This document shows positions 55,635 to 64,000 of a stretch of DNA of 64,000 bases, piece by piece. The notes under the pieces are model-generated. The model had not been told where the DNA came from, made no database searches, and worked only from the letters and a program-made list of their open reading frames with translations. Location of the stretch: positions 32,001 to 96,000 of the IMG/VR virus record IMGVR_UViG_3300031414_000009; one strand, written 5' to 3'. Positions within the stretch are counted from its first letter, which is position 1; the number at the start of each line of letters is the position of its first letter. Both the position numbers and the translations under genes were made by a program. The DNA is from a virus.

Positions 55635-56846
55635 ATGGCTGATACGTTAAAGGCGGTCTTTGATCGACAATGTCCTGATATTGTTGCTGATGCTAAGTTT
55701 GCACAGAAGATCATTGACTATGCAAAAGCCTTCGTTAATAAGAATCCTGACCATGTCCGGTTCTTTGGCGGAGCGCTCATTGGTGTTTACCCATTGCGTT
55801 GGGTGAACTCCGATCTCGATAAGTGGTACGATGTAATTCTGAATGGTGCCGATGAGATTGCCATTCGGAAAGAACTGCACGCTGTACCAGGCATTGATGC
55901 AAGTTGGGTACGTGGTGCTGACGAGACTAACCACTCGATGATCTATTGCTTGCACCTGCTTGAGCACGCAAACATTCCAGCCAAATTGAAACTGGAAGCA
56001 CAGATTGCAGCGATGGAGATTCTCCAGTACAAGTTCTTATCGAGCCTGATGTTCCACTACTTCCCACACCCCGCAGCATTATCTGTTGCTCAGGCGACGT
56101 ATAACGCTCTCTCGAAGAAGTTCGACCTGAAGGTGACTGGTAGTTGGGGTGCACTGATTAAAGAGCGTGCAATCGATATCATTGCGCCTAAGAGCATCCA
56201 CCGGAAAGCCTTCACCGACTTCACCGACTCCAAAGCAGTGGTTTACATTATCACTGACGTGCAGGGGCGTCTGCGCAGTATCGTTAAGAACATCACTGCC
56301 GTGTTCTATACGGTTAAAGATGCAGGTAAAGGTGTGCTGTCAGAATCAACGATGGTGGAAGGTGAGGATGGTATGTACCTCAAAGACAAAACCTCTGCTA
56401 TCCGTGACGGCATGAACTATCTGACCAGCATCGTTAACGACAAACGTGGATTCGTTCGTAAAGAGATTCTGCGTTTGGTTAACCGTAAGATGTCTACGTC
56501 GCGCGACTGGTTGGTGGAAGCATCGCTGAATCTGTTGTCCGATCGTTACGGTGATCCTAAGTATCCCGGTGTGCAGGAACTCTGCAAAGAGACACTGTTA
56601 CATGCCTTCGAAGTAATGACAAGTAAGAACATTCGCACTAACGATTATCCGCTTATTATGGATACGCTGAAGAAAAGCTACATGGCTTCTCGTGAGACAC
56701 ACCCTGGTGTGTTGAAGATGCGTAAGTTAGGCGATGAACTCGTACTTGCCGCGCTACCACCAGGGCGTAGCAACGTCGTTGCACCAGATCGTGGTGCCGT
56801 GTTGCTTTACATTGTGCTGCGTACTTTAACTAAGCACAATTTCTAA
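55635..56846 (+). CDS. hypothetical protein, probably a phiKZ-like core gene
   Basis: 403 aa, AAGGA SD; FFGG.LIGVY, LSKKFDLK..GSW, DVQGRLR segments; near the terminase. Confidence 0.8.
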   Translation: MADTLKAVFDRQCPDIVADAKFAQKIIDYAKAFVNKNPDHVRFFGGALIGVYPLRWVNSDLDKWYDVILNGADEIAIRKELHAVPGIDASWVRGADETNHSMIYCLHLLEHANIPAKLKLEAQIAAMEILQYKFLSSLMFHYFPHPAALSVAQATYNALSKKFDLKVTGSWGALIKERAIDIIAPKSIHRKAFTDFTDSKAVVYIITDVQGRLRSIVKNITAVFYTVKDAGKGVLSESTMVEGEDGMYLKDKTSAIRDGMNYLTSIVNDKRGFVRKEILRLVNRKMSTSRDWLVEASLNLLSDRYGDPKYPGVQELCKETLLHAFEVMTSKNIRTNDYPLIMDTLKKSYMASRETHPGVLKMRKLGDELVLAALPPGRSNVVAPDRGAVLLYIVLRTLTKHNF

Positions 56847-56899
56847 CAAAAAAGAAAAGGCTGAGGCAAGGGACCCAACGGTCCCTTGCCTTATGCCGT
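56846..56899. terminator. bidirectional terminator between convergent genes
   Basis: AGGCAAGGGACC/GGTCCCTTGCCT; TATGCCG on plus, displaced T run on minus. Confidence 0.8.
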
Positions 56900-57282
56900 C
56901 ACATTCCGTTCAGTACACTGTACGGGAATGCTGCTATCCAATGGTGCCTGTCGTTTTCGTATATTGCGCGTACATAAAACTCACTTCGGATGCTGCGACG
57001 CCTGGCGTCAATGAAACCACTAAAGAACCTAGCATTTTCATTGAGTTTGGCAGTAGTCATAAACATGTCGGGTTTGGCTATACCAACCAAACCACCTTGG
57101 AACATGTAAAAGGTGTCACCTACTTCGGCTTTTAAATGTCGTAATCCAGCGGGCGTGAATTTCATCTCTTTATTCCCGCAGCCAAAGATCATACGTTTGC
57201 TTACTCGCGTTATGACGAAACGATCAACTACTCCTAGGATCTCGTTATTGGTTAAAGATCCCGTTGGCGTTTTCATATGCAC
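56899..57282 (-). CDS. hypothetical protein
   Basis: 127 aa, GGAG SD. Confidence 0.65.
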   Translation of the reverse strand: MHMKTPTGSLTNNEILGVVDRFVITRVSKRMIFGCGNKEMKFTPAGLRHLKAEVGDTFYMFQGGLVGIAKPDMFMTTAKLNENARFFSGFIDARRRSIRSEFYVRAIYENDRHHWIAAFPYSVLNGM

Positions 57283-57748
57283 TCCAGACTTTTTCTCGTA
57301 AGAAGTCCACGGAGCGACCTGTTAATAATTCCGACTCGACTTCCGGATGTTTGTCATCATTGACCCACACCTCGGCAAAACGTTCGTCTTCTAACAGGAA
57401 CTCGACTGACCCCTCTCCAGTGTCAATGATCTCCATATCCCCACATGCAAGCAGATCGTATTCGATAAATGGCGGTGTGGTAATGCTCAGTAGTGTCAAT
57501 AGCTGATTATCCAACTCACCCACGTCGCCGTTTCCACGAAACGCTAGTAAGTCGTACAACACCGGTCCGCTGTAGTCTTCATGGTAATAACCAATCAGTA
57601 CCCAGAAAGCCTTAGGTGCTTCTTCGTCGGTTGGGGTGTATAACTCTCCTACAACTTCATTTTTGTAGTCAAGCCATTTACCGCCAATTCGTTTTAGTGC
57701 ACGGTCGGCCTTAGTGATCGCCTCCCAATTATCAAATAGTGTTTGCAT
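57245..57748 (-). CDS. acidic hypothetical early protein
   Basis: ATG 57748 with AAGGA SD; first gene after an early promoter. Confidence 0.7.
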   Translation of the reverse strand: MQTLFDNWEAITKADRALKRIGGKWLDYKNEVVGELYTPTDEEAPKAFWVLIGYYHEDYSGPVLYDLLAFRGNGDVGELDNQLLTLLSITTPPFIEYDLLACGDMEIIDTGEGSVEFLLEDERFAEVWVNDDKHPEVESELLTGRSVDFLREKVWSAYENANGIFNQ

Positions 57749-57780
57749 GGATGATTCCTTAAATAGATGTCCTTCGCACC

Positions 57781-57802
57781 GGGGTAGTATATATCTGAAA
57801 AT
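57781..57802 (-). promoter_or_regulatory. putative early promoter
   Basis: ATTTTCAGATATATACTACCCC. Confidence 0.65.
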
Positions 57803-57808
57803 GCGATG

Positions 57809-57841
57809 GGGCATAGGAGACTCCCCCGAAGGAGAGTCTCC
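57809..57841 (-). terminator. hairpin terminator
   Basis: GGAGACTCTCC-TTCG-GGGGAGTCTCC followed directly by TATGCCC. Confidence 0.75.
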
Positions 57842-57849
57842 ACAGTGGA

Positions 57850-58326
57850 CTACAGATAACGTTCAATCAGACCAGCGAGCTGCGCAGTGAATCCATCAAT
57901 ACCTTCAGACGGTCCAAAGCCTAACAGTTGCAGATTGGTTACTTTAGCTACGCCGTTAACGTGTGGGGCATCAAAGGTAGCCATTGGTGAATTACCGAGG
58001 GTCGCCATCCAGCGATCACCGGCACGGGTAATGCTAAAGCCTAACCCGTAACCACACAATTTCCACAGCCCCCCATTTTCACGAGTAGCCCGATCGGCAA
58101 TATACCCTACCAGACACTCAGGAATACCCAGTGACAGATTGGATACCGATACGCCATAGAAAACCATTCTCCCTGTTGGGTTCTGAATAACACAGATGCC
58201 TTGTTCCATAGGCACCGCAAAAGGTGACAAAGTCAAAATACGCTGGCGTTCCTCGCCATGGGCCAATGCAATCGCTGGACCCATAACTAGATCGCACTGA
58301 TCCAGGAATCTCCGATCGATGTTCAT
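57850..58326 (-). CDS. hypothetical protein (dispersed paralog family)
   Basis: ATG 58326 with AGGAG SD. Confidence 0.7.
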   Translation of the reverse strand: MNIDRRFLDQCDLVMGPAIALAHGEERQRILTLSPFAVPMEQGICVIQNPTGRMVFYGVSVSNLSLGIPECLVGYIADRATRENGGLWKLCGYGLGFSITRAGDRWMATLGNSPMATFDAPHVNGVAKVTNLQLLGFGPSEGIDGFTAQLAGLIERYL

Positions 58327-58342
58327 GTAAGTCTCTCCTACA

Positions 58343-58723
58343 TTACGTGTAACCTCCTCTGGTCGTTGTTTCCAGATACGCCACGTAATGGTCAAATACA
58401 TTTGTTAATTGATGCGCTGAGGGATACACCACTATGGTGCGTGCCCTTGCAGTTGGCGCTTTTGGATCTTGATAGAACATCACCCAGTCCTTATAGATTC
58501 CGGACGGTACATAGACCCGACCATTGTAATGCCAATACTGTTGCTGAAAACAACAGATCAGAATTGTTACTGGAAGGCTCTCACCAAGAAACCGAACGCT
58601 GTGTAAACGATATACTAGCTCCCCATGGAGGAGTACGGGTTTACGTCGTTTACGTAGGCTCGTTCGTATGATATCGAACACTATTTTTATTTTACGCAAA
58701 TAAAGCTTGAGTAGCTTCAGCAT
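58343..58723 (-). CDS. basic hypothetical protein
   Basis: 126 aa, AGGAGG SD. Confidence 0.65.
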   Translation of the reverse strand: MLKLLKLYLRKIKIVFDIIRTSLRKRRKPVLLHGELVYRLHSVRFLGESLPVTILICCFQQQYWHYNGRVYVPSGIYKDWVMFYQDPKAPTARARTIVVYPSAHQLTNVFDHYVAYLETTTRGGYT

Positions 58724-58752
58724 GCTTCGTCCCTCCTAAAGAGGACAGCATA

Positions 58753-59130
58753 CTATTTCTCTAAAGCGAGGATGCGTTCTACTGCTCGAGCTTTGTTAAT
58801 TGCGAGGATAAAGTCACGCATGTTAGCCATGATGTCCGTACCCAAATAAACCTTGCTGTGAAGCGTTGTGCCGTCTTTTGGTTTCAAGGCATCCATATGG
58901 CCAGACATTCGGTGTTCCTGTCCCTCAACGCACCACACGCGCACTGCGGGTACCCGTTTGCGCTGGCTACGACATTTAACCAATACGGTGCCCGGTAATG
59001 CCATAACAATCACTGACATGCGCAGTTCTGAAAGCGTAGCTGTATCAAGGCGATGCGGTACAGCACCGTGCTCGACCTCGAAAGTGTTTGCTGTGAATTG
59101 CGTCTTGAAATAGTCAAGTAGCTTAAACAT
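58753..59130 (-). CDS. hypothetical protein
   Basis: ATG 59130 with GGAG SD. Confidence 0.65.
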   Translation of the reverse strand: MFKLLDYFKTQFTANTFEVEHGAVPHRLDTATLSELRMSVIVMALPGTVLVKCRSQRKRVPAVRVWCVEGQEHRMSGHMDALKPKDGTTLHSKVYLGTDIMANMRDFILAINKARAVERILALEK

Positions 59131-59226
59131 GGAAATCTCCAGGGCTGGTATTTTTGTACCAGCCCGCATTGATTTATGAATCAAACAAATAGTCCGGGGT
59201 TTTATGCCTGTGGAGGGCACGTCCTG

Positions 59227-61347
59227 TTAGAATCTACGCACACGCATGGCTTTGGTACGAGCATCCTTAATGTCCTCTAAGAGTTCGTTCAGTGAGAAGC
59301 TTTCACCACCCATTGCTTTGATCTTAGTATTCAGAACGTTTAGTTTGTGTTCGAGTTTACTTACAACATACATGTTGGTTGTACTTTTTAACTCGTCAAC
59401 GACTTCGTCCAGTTCCTCACGATAAGCCTTCTGGAGTTCAGCTTCAGCTGCTGCACGGCGTTCTTCAGGAGTAGCCGCATCCGCCATAGTCTTCGACATA
59501 ATCGCACCACGAGGAATACCGTAGTGAGATAGGTTAGAAGCTTTCATGACAAACCAGAAGTTCAACAACCAACTGATTACCATGTCATCATGCCCAGATG
59601 CTTTATGGTCGATACGCCCGTTCTTAACAACGAGAGAAGTAATCTCATTGATGAGTGTTTTATCGCGAGTAACTCGACCAGCGCGTTTGGCCGCTTCTGG
59701 CAAAACTTCACCGTAAAGCGTCATGCGACTTTCAGCTGTCGTATTGAATCCAAACTTGTTACGTACGTCATCGTAGAAATAACTACCACGAGAACGAACC
59801 GGTGAGTTTACCATAGCCGCTGCATTTTTATCCACTTTCATCTCTTCAACAACCCAGTTGAAGATACGTTTAAATGGATCTATGCCTTGCAGTGGTAAAC
59901 GGAGTAACAAGGCATCAATCATTGTCTGTGCTGTAGACTTACGTTCAATGATCAGGGTAATGTTCGGATACTTAATTAGCAGTTCACCGATGTAGTCAGC
60001 AAACTTAATCAGGTTCGTCTCATTACAACGCCCCGCCCCGATAGTGCCCATATCGCGGATATCTGCAAATACCATCCCGATGGCATCTCGACCTACCGCT
60101 TCCGAGGTATCCATTCCGAGCAGGACATGCGAACTCTCCATGAACTTCTCGTGTTGGGCTTTAGGGATATGCCACCCGATGCTATAACCATCCTTACTGT
60201 ACTCGGTCCACAAAGGGTCGCGCTCAGAATCACGGATAATGTTGTTAAGCTCAGTTGACAGCGGCGAACGGAGTGAACCCGACGTCCAGCGGTTGAAGAA
60301 GTCACGGTCGGCCTCTTCACCTTTTGCACCGGAGTTCTGTAACGCGTCACGCAGCCATTCTTCAGTCAAGCCTAACTGGCGATAGCTCCACGTACCGTTG
60401 ATCATGATACGCGCGCCTTTCTTGCCGATACGTTTGATCAGCACACGTCGCAGTTCATCTTGATCTTTCAGGTCGTAGTATGACTCATCGAACACAGCAG
60501 CGTCAGAGAGCATCTCGTAGACATATGCGCCCTCACGGGTATCCTTCTTACCTGCCGTTGTTGTAAAGATGTTTGAGTATGGCTGGTCGTTCTCACGCGC
60601 AATCTGACGTGCCATTGTACCAGCAGCCAGAGCAGCAGGAATGGTGATGTCAATGTTTGAACAGAAGGGCACCTCATCGATATGCGTTACCTGACACGTA
60701 GATCCACGCCCCAAGTTTAACGCACCCGACTCTGTTTTCTGAGCCACCCCTGTCACGTAAGCATTACCTAACAGGTTGTAGGTCAGTTCTGACTGGTTAT
60801 CAGCATCCGCCCGGTCTTTCACCCAGAGGTAGGAAGGGAGCAGGTCACGGATTGCTTTTAAGCGGTCGATGTTAGAACGACGCAGCGCGTCATCCTTTGT
60901 AATCAGATAGATCTTCCCTTTATACATCGTGAAATACATCAGGTTGATACTGATGGTATCTGACGAACCAGACTTACCTGTCTGACGTGGCTGGATTAAC
61001 ATGTAGTCGATGTGGTTGTAGAAGCTCCAGATCAGACTAATGTTTGCACGGTTTGCTACGAAGCGACGCGGAACACTACCGGCTTCAAATCGTACAATCT
61101 CACGATAGTAATACCAGGGGTTAAACCGACACTCAATGGCGATCTTATTCTTAATCTCGGCTGGAAGGTCTGCCGCAAAAGGATCGACGTGTCTGAGTTC
61201 GGGCTGAAGTAATGACAGCATGAAAGTACAGTTACGTACACCCATTGCTTTGTACAGCTCTGCCATGTCCTTAAAGGACTGGTTACTGGTCTCCCAATGG
61301 ACGACAGCAGTAGGGTAGAGCTTCCAATCTTGTTCGAATAAAATCAT
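59227..61347 (-). CDS. terL: terminase large subunit (phiKZ gp25-like)
   Basis: NPWYYYRE, QPRQTGKS, GRG, HIDE, FTTTAG, nuclease GMDTSEAVGRD, IIERKS, GRIDH...HDD.VISW. Confidence 0.92.
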   Translation of the reverse strand: MILFEQDWKLYPTAVVHWETSNQSFKDMAELYKAMGVRNCTFMLSLLQPELRHVDPFAADLPAEIKNKIAIECRFNPWYYYREIVRFEAGSVPRRFVANRANISLIWSFYNHIDYMLIQPRQTGKSGSSDTISINLMYFTMYKGKIYLITKDDALRRSNIDRLKAIRDLLPSYLWVKDRADADNQSELTYNLLGNAYVTGVAQKTESGALNLGRGSTCQVTHIDEVPFCSNIDITIPAALAAGTMARQIARENDQPYSNIFTTTAGKKDTREGAYVYEMLSDAAVFDESYYDLKDQDELRRVLIKRIGKKGARIMINGTWSYRQLGLTEEWLRDALQNSGAKGEEADRDFFNRWTSGSLRSPLSTELNNIIRDSERDPLWTEYSKDGYSIGWHIPKAQHEKFMESSHVLLGMDTSEAVGRDAIGMVFADIRDMGTIGAGRCNETNLIKFADYIGELLIKYPNITLIIERKSTAQTMIDALLLRLPLQGIDPFKRIFNWVVEEMKVDKNAAAMVNSPVRSRGSYFYDDVRNKFGFNTTAESRMTLYGEVLPEAAKRAGRVTRDKTLINEITSLVVKNGRIDHKASGHDDMVISWLLNFWFVMKASNLSHYGIPRGAIMSKTMADAATPEERRAAAEAELQKAYREELDEVVDELKSTTNMYVVSKLEHKLNVLNTKIKAMGGESFSLNELLEDIKDARTKAMRVRRF

Positions 61348-61376
61348 TGTTAAGACTCCATAGAGGCAAGGCACTG

Positions 61377-61402
61377 GGCGTAGGGGGAAACCCCTACGCC
61401 CT
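61377..61402. terminator. GC-rich hairpin between a virion gene and the terminase
   Basis: GGGCGTAGGGG/CCCCTACGCCC. Confidence 0.55.
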
Positions 61403-61406
61403 TTGC

Positions 61407-63122
61407 TTAGCTGGTCTTAGTCGTGTTCAGATGATGCACAACGAGTGGTGAACTACCCAATTGCAGATCAACGTTAGCGAGGCGTTGGATAAACTGAATC
61501 ACAACAGACTCACCGACGTTCATTCCAGTACGCGACGCAATTGTAGCGTTCCAGGAACCGACAGGATACTCAGTAACGATATCGTTCATCACCAGACGGA
61601 AGTGGGTCGGTGTAGGTGCTTTCAGTTCCTCACCCTCGATGAACAGAGGCTGGGTACGATAGAACACCTGATCTAACCACAGGTCGAGCGATGTGATACC
61701 ACAGGAGATATCTACAGACCAGTTGCCGACTTTGTTGAAAGTGAAATCAGCAGACAGATTCATACCATATTCCTTATCTGCGTTCTGACTGTAGCGGAGA
61801 AGCCACGGCGTGTCGCTAGATAATGGATTACCCATGAGCGTAATGCCCAGGTTTTGGGTATGTAAATGCGGGTTCAGTGAAGGGTCAACTTTAGACACCT
61901 CGACAGAAACACCCAGGTCTTGCAGGATACCGTATTTGAGCGGACGGAAGGCCGGCGTGTTCGGGTTCCACTCGACGTATGGCGTTGCGTAGTACGCGCG
62001 CTTACGATCTGCGTTATACAGATACCATTCGATTTCATAGCCAACGAACTCGTTAACCCAGACAGGGATTGGGAACAGCTTGAGGCTATACGCACCTTCG
62101 GCTGCCACACTGCGAGCATTATACGCCTTAGCAATAAAGCGCTTAACGTTCTCACTGCCCACGATGCTGGATTCTTCATCGCTCAGGATATACGTCAGCA
62201 CCAACGGAATACGCTCGCCCTCGATTGTGGAGACGTATTGCTCCATACCTTCGAGTTTGACCTTACTGCCGTCGATTGGGTAATCCTGATAGCCGTCGTT
62301 AAAGTAAACACGGCACATCATCATCAGACTTTCGATGGTGGTGTTCAACGGAACGTTCAACACAGTCTTATCAGACTTATTGAGGTTCGGAGAAACCAGC
62401 TCGATGCCAGTAATAACGCGTTGTCCGATTTCGACTGGACGGGTAAATGTGGTTACTGAAGTGAACAGCACAGAGCGGCTCAGAACGCTACCGTCTTCAC
62501 CGTAGAACACAACAGTACACGGTTCACCCTCTTTCAGCGTGGTCGTCGTGTAAGCCTGTACAGCCACGTAGATTGCATCGTTAGTGATGTTGTTAGTGCC
62601 AACGAGTTCCAGTGGAATGTTCTCGTTAGGACTTACACCGTTACCGTCGTACCAGATACCGATTGGGGTATAACCTTCACCGGTATTATAACCACGGAAG
62701 ATCTTAGCCCATTTAGCTTCACGACCGTAGATATACAGCTGGCGGTCAATGTTCAGTGTGTGTGGCGTTACCGCACCATTGAAGTAGATACGCGAGCTTT
62801 CAGACTGGAACAGTCCTGGGCCAGAACCGAGAATGATGTCATAGTCGGTATCAGCATTTGGGTCTCGTGGCATGTACCAACGCTCCAGTCGAGACTCACC
62901 CGTGGTGTAGTCAACTTCCAGCACGCGCTTGATACCATTCTCCCAATCAATGACACCGTCGTCAGGATTGGGTACATACTTGCCCTTACCGTTCGGTCCG
63001 GTATAGATCTCACGGATATGCCACCAACGGAAGCCACGCTCTGAGTCGCGCTCCGGGATAGTATCCGTATTGGGATCTAACGTACCAATCGGTGGGTACT
63101 GAGTAGAATCGGTCATTGTCAT
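61407..63122 (-). CDS. virion structural protein (phiKZ gp26-like position)
   Basis: 571 aa, beta-rich; EIYTG..G.GKYVPN.DD; immediately upstream of the terminase as in phiKZ-like phages. Confidence 0.75.
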   Translation of the reverse strand: MTMTDSTQYPPIGTLDPNTDTIPERDSERGFRWWHIREIYTGPNGKGKYVPNPDDGVIDWENGIKRVLEVDYTTGESRLERWYMPRDPNADTDYDIILGSGPGLFQSESSRIYFNGAVTPHTLNIDRQLYIYGREAKWAKIFRGYNTGEGYTPIGIWYDGNGVSPNENIPLELVGTNNITNDAIYVAVQAYTTTTLKEGEPCTVVFYGEDGSVLSRSVLFTSVTTFTRPVEIGQRVITGIELVSPNLNKSDKTVLNVPLNTTIESLMMMCRVYFNDGYQDYPIDGSKVKLEGMEQYVSTIEGERIPLVLTYILSDEESSIVGSENVKRFIAKAYNARSVAAEGAYSLKLFPIPVWVNEFVGYEIEWYLYNADRKRAYYATPYVEWNPNTPAFRPLKYGILQDLGVSVEVSKVDPSLNPHLHTQNLGITLMGNPLSSDTPWLLRYSQNADKEYGMNLSADFTFNKVGNWSVDISCGITSLDLWLDQVFYRTQPLFIEGEELKAPTPTHFRLVMNDIVTEYPVGSWNATIASRTGMNVGESVVIQFIQRLANVDLQLGSSPLVVHHLNTTKTS

Positions 63123-64000
63123 TAACCTTTGATTGTGACGAACTGGGTCAAGTCAACAGCACCGCTAAGGTAAAGCTGACAAATCCTTTCAAGGAACAGA
63201 TACTGACTGCGAGTCACTGTTCTCGTCTTAGCCCACGGATGCGGGTGAACGGTAACATACTCGAGGTCAACACCGTTTCTTGTTGGCTCATACTCAAGGA
63301 TATACTCATAGTCCTTCAGCGATTCCATAACTGTTTGATCTGGTGCGGGCATCTGTGGCGGATCGAACCACCCTTTCTGAATGTCAGAAATGAGTTTGGT
63401 AATGATCGGACTGAACAGACGATAACGCCATTTAGTGGTGGCCAAATCAGTGAAGGTTGGTGGATTCAGTTTGGTCATCAGATAGTCACCTACCCGCTTA
63501 TCCAAATCCTCAGCCTGTTCACGTAACACATCGCCATCGTAGTCAGTGATGCCTGGTAACGGAACATGCACGTCAGAGATCCAATACGGACGACCGTCCT
63601 CAACCGCAGCAGTTTCCTTTACGCGCACCCCGTAGCGCTGCTCAGCAAACACCAAATCATCCCGATGGAATGTTCTACCGTCAGCCACCACACGAATAAC
63701 GTGATCGTCGCGAATCTGGTAGATGCGGTCGTTTGAAAGAACGCCATGTTGAACGAAGCCGTAATCTGGAAATGGTCTCATCGTACCATCGGGTTGCGCC
63801 CAATCCGTACAACGGATATCGATGTTATTTTCACCATCGACATTCAACCACTCTTTGTTGACCACCACAATTTCTGGATAGTTGACAAAGAAGTCCAGGT
63901 TAGGAATCAAGCTGTGCCTATTAAGCCAAAGTTCGATCTTACCCACCGGAACTTCCAAGACCACACCCTGTACGTCAGTGTAGTTTAAATGGAAGCGGAA
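63122..64000 (-). CDS. virion structural protein, 3' part (phiKZ gp27-like position)
   Basis: Frame open to the window end; WLN.HSLI..LDFFV..P, GFVQHG.LS; TAATG-coupled. Confidence 0.75.
   Translation of the reverse strand, partial: FRFHLNYTDVQGVVLEVPVGKIELWLNRHSLIPNLDFFVNYPEIVVVNKEWLNVDGENNIDIRCTDWAQPDGTMRPFPDYGFVQHGVLSNDRIYQIRDDHVIRVVADGRTFHRDDLVFAEQRYGVRVKETAAVEDGRPYWISDVHVPLPGITDYDGDVLREQAEDLDKRVGDYLMTKLNPPTFTDLATTKWRYRLFSPIITKLISDIQKGWFDPPQMPAPDQTVMESLKDYEYILEYEPTRNGVDLEYVTVHPHPWAKTRTVTRSQYLFLERICQLYLSGAVDLTQFVTIKG

Noticed and set aside
46963-56846. Chimallin (nuclear shell) gene near phuZ
   Set aside because: No ORF of suitable size or sequence; nucleus formation is inferred from family membership only

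Overview
A 64 kb segment of a phiKZ-like (Chimalliviridae-type, nucleus-forming) jumbo phage. Its phoH, tdk, ligA, thyA and sspB are gammaproteobacterial-type, which suggests a gammaproteobacterial host. Diagnostic genes are the PhuZ tubulin (48527-49525), the phiKZ-type large terminase (59227-61347) with two adjacent virion genes, a SNF2-like helicase, a gp144-like transglycosylase and an S-x-E-processed head protein. About 95 of ~98 densely packed genes are on the minus strand. They are organised by at least 8 copies of an AT-rich early-promoter motif (TTTYARATAYAYANTAYY) and more than 20 hairpin terminators, many followed by TTTTATGCC. The accessory region encodes nucleotide metabolism (tdk, thyA, HAD, MazG, HD, PhoH) and repair enzymes (LigA, Rnl1). 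It also carries likely counter-defence genes: Acb1, a Tad1-like sponge, NADAR and a Ser/Thr phosphatase. The most notable observations are: (1) up to five HslV/proteasome-beta-like paralogs arranged as active/inactive pairs, alongside SspB; (2) a full-length BCS1-type membrane AAA translocase next to a secreted protein; (3) stand-alone fragments or dead copies of essential machines (NrdA redox tail, AlaRS module, RNAP ADFDGD loop, mini terminase ATPase, pseudo prohead protease fused to MazG) that may act as decoys; (4) an NDT-like enzyme domain in the propeptide position of a head protein. No tRNA, CRISPR array, intron or chimallin gene was seen. All family calls come from motif recognition by eye and need HMM or structure confirmation.
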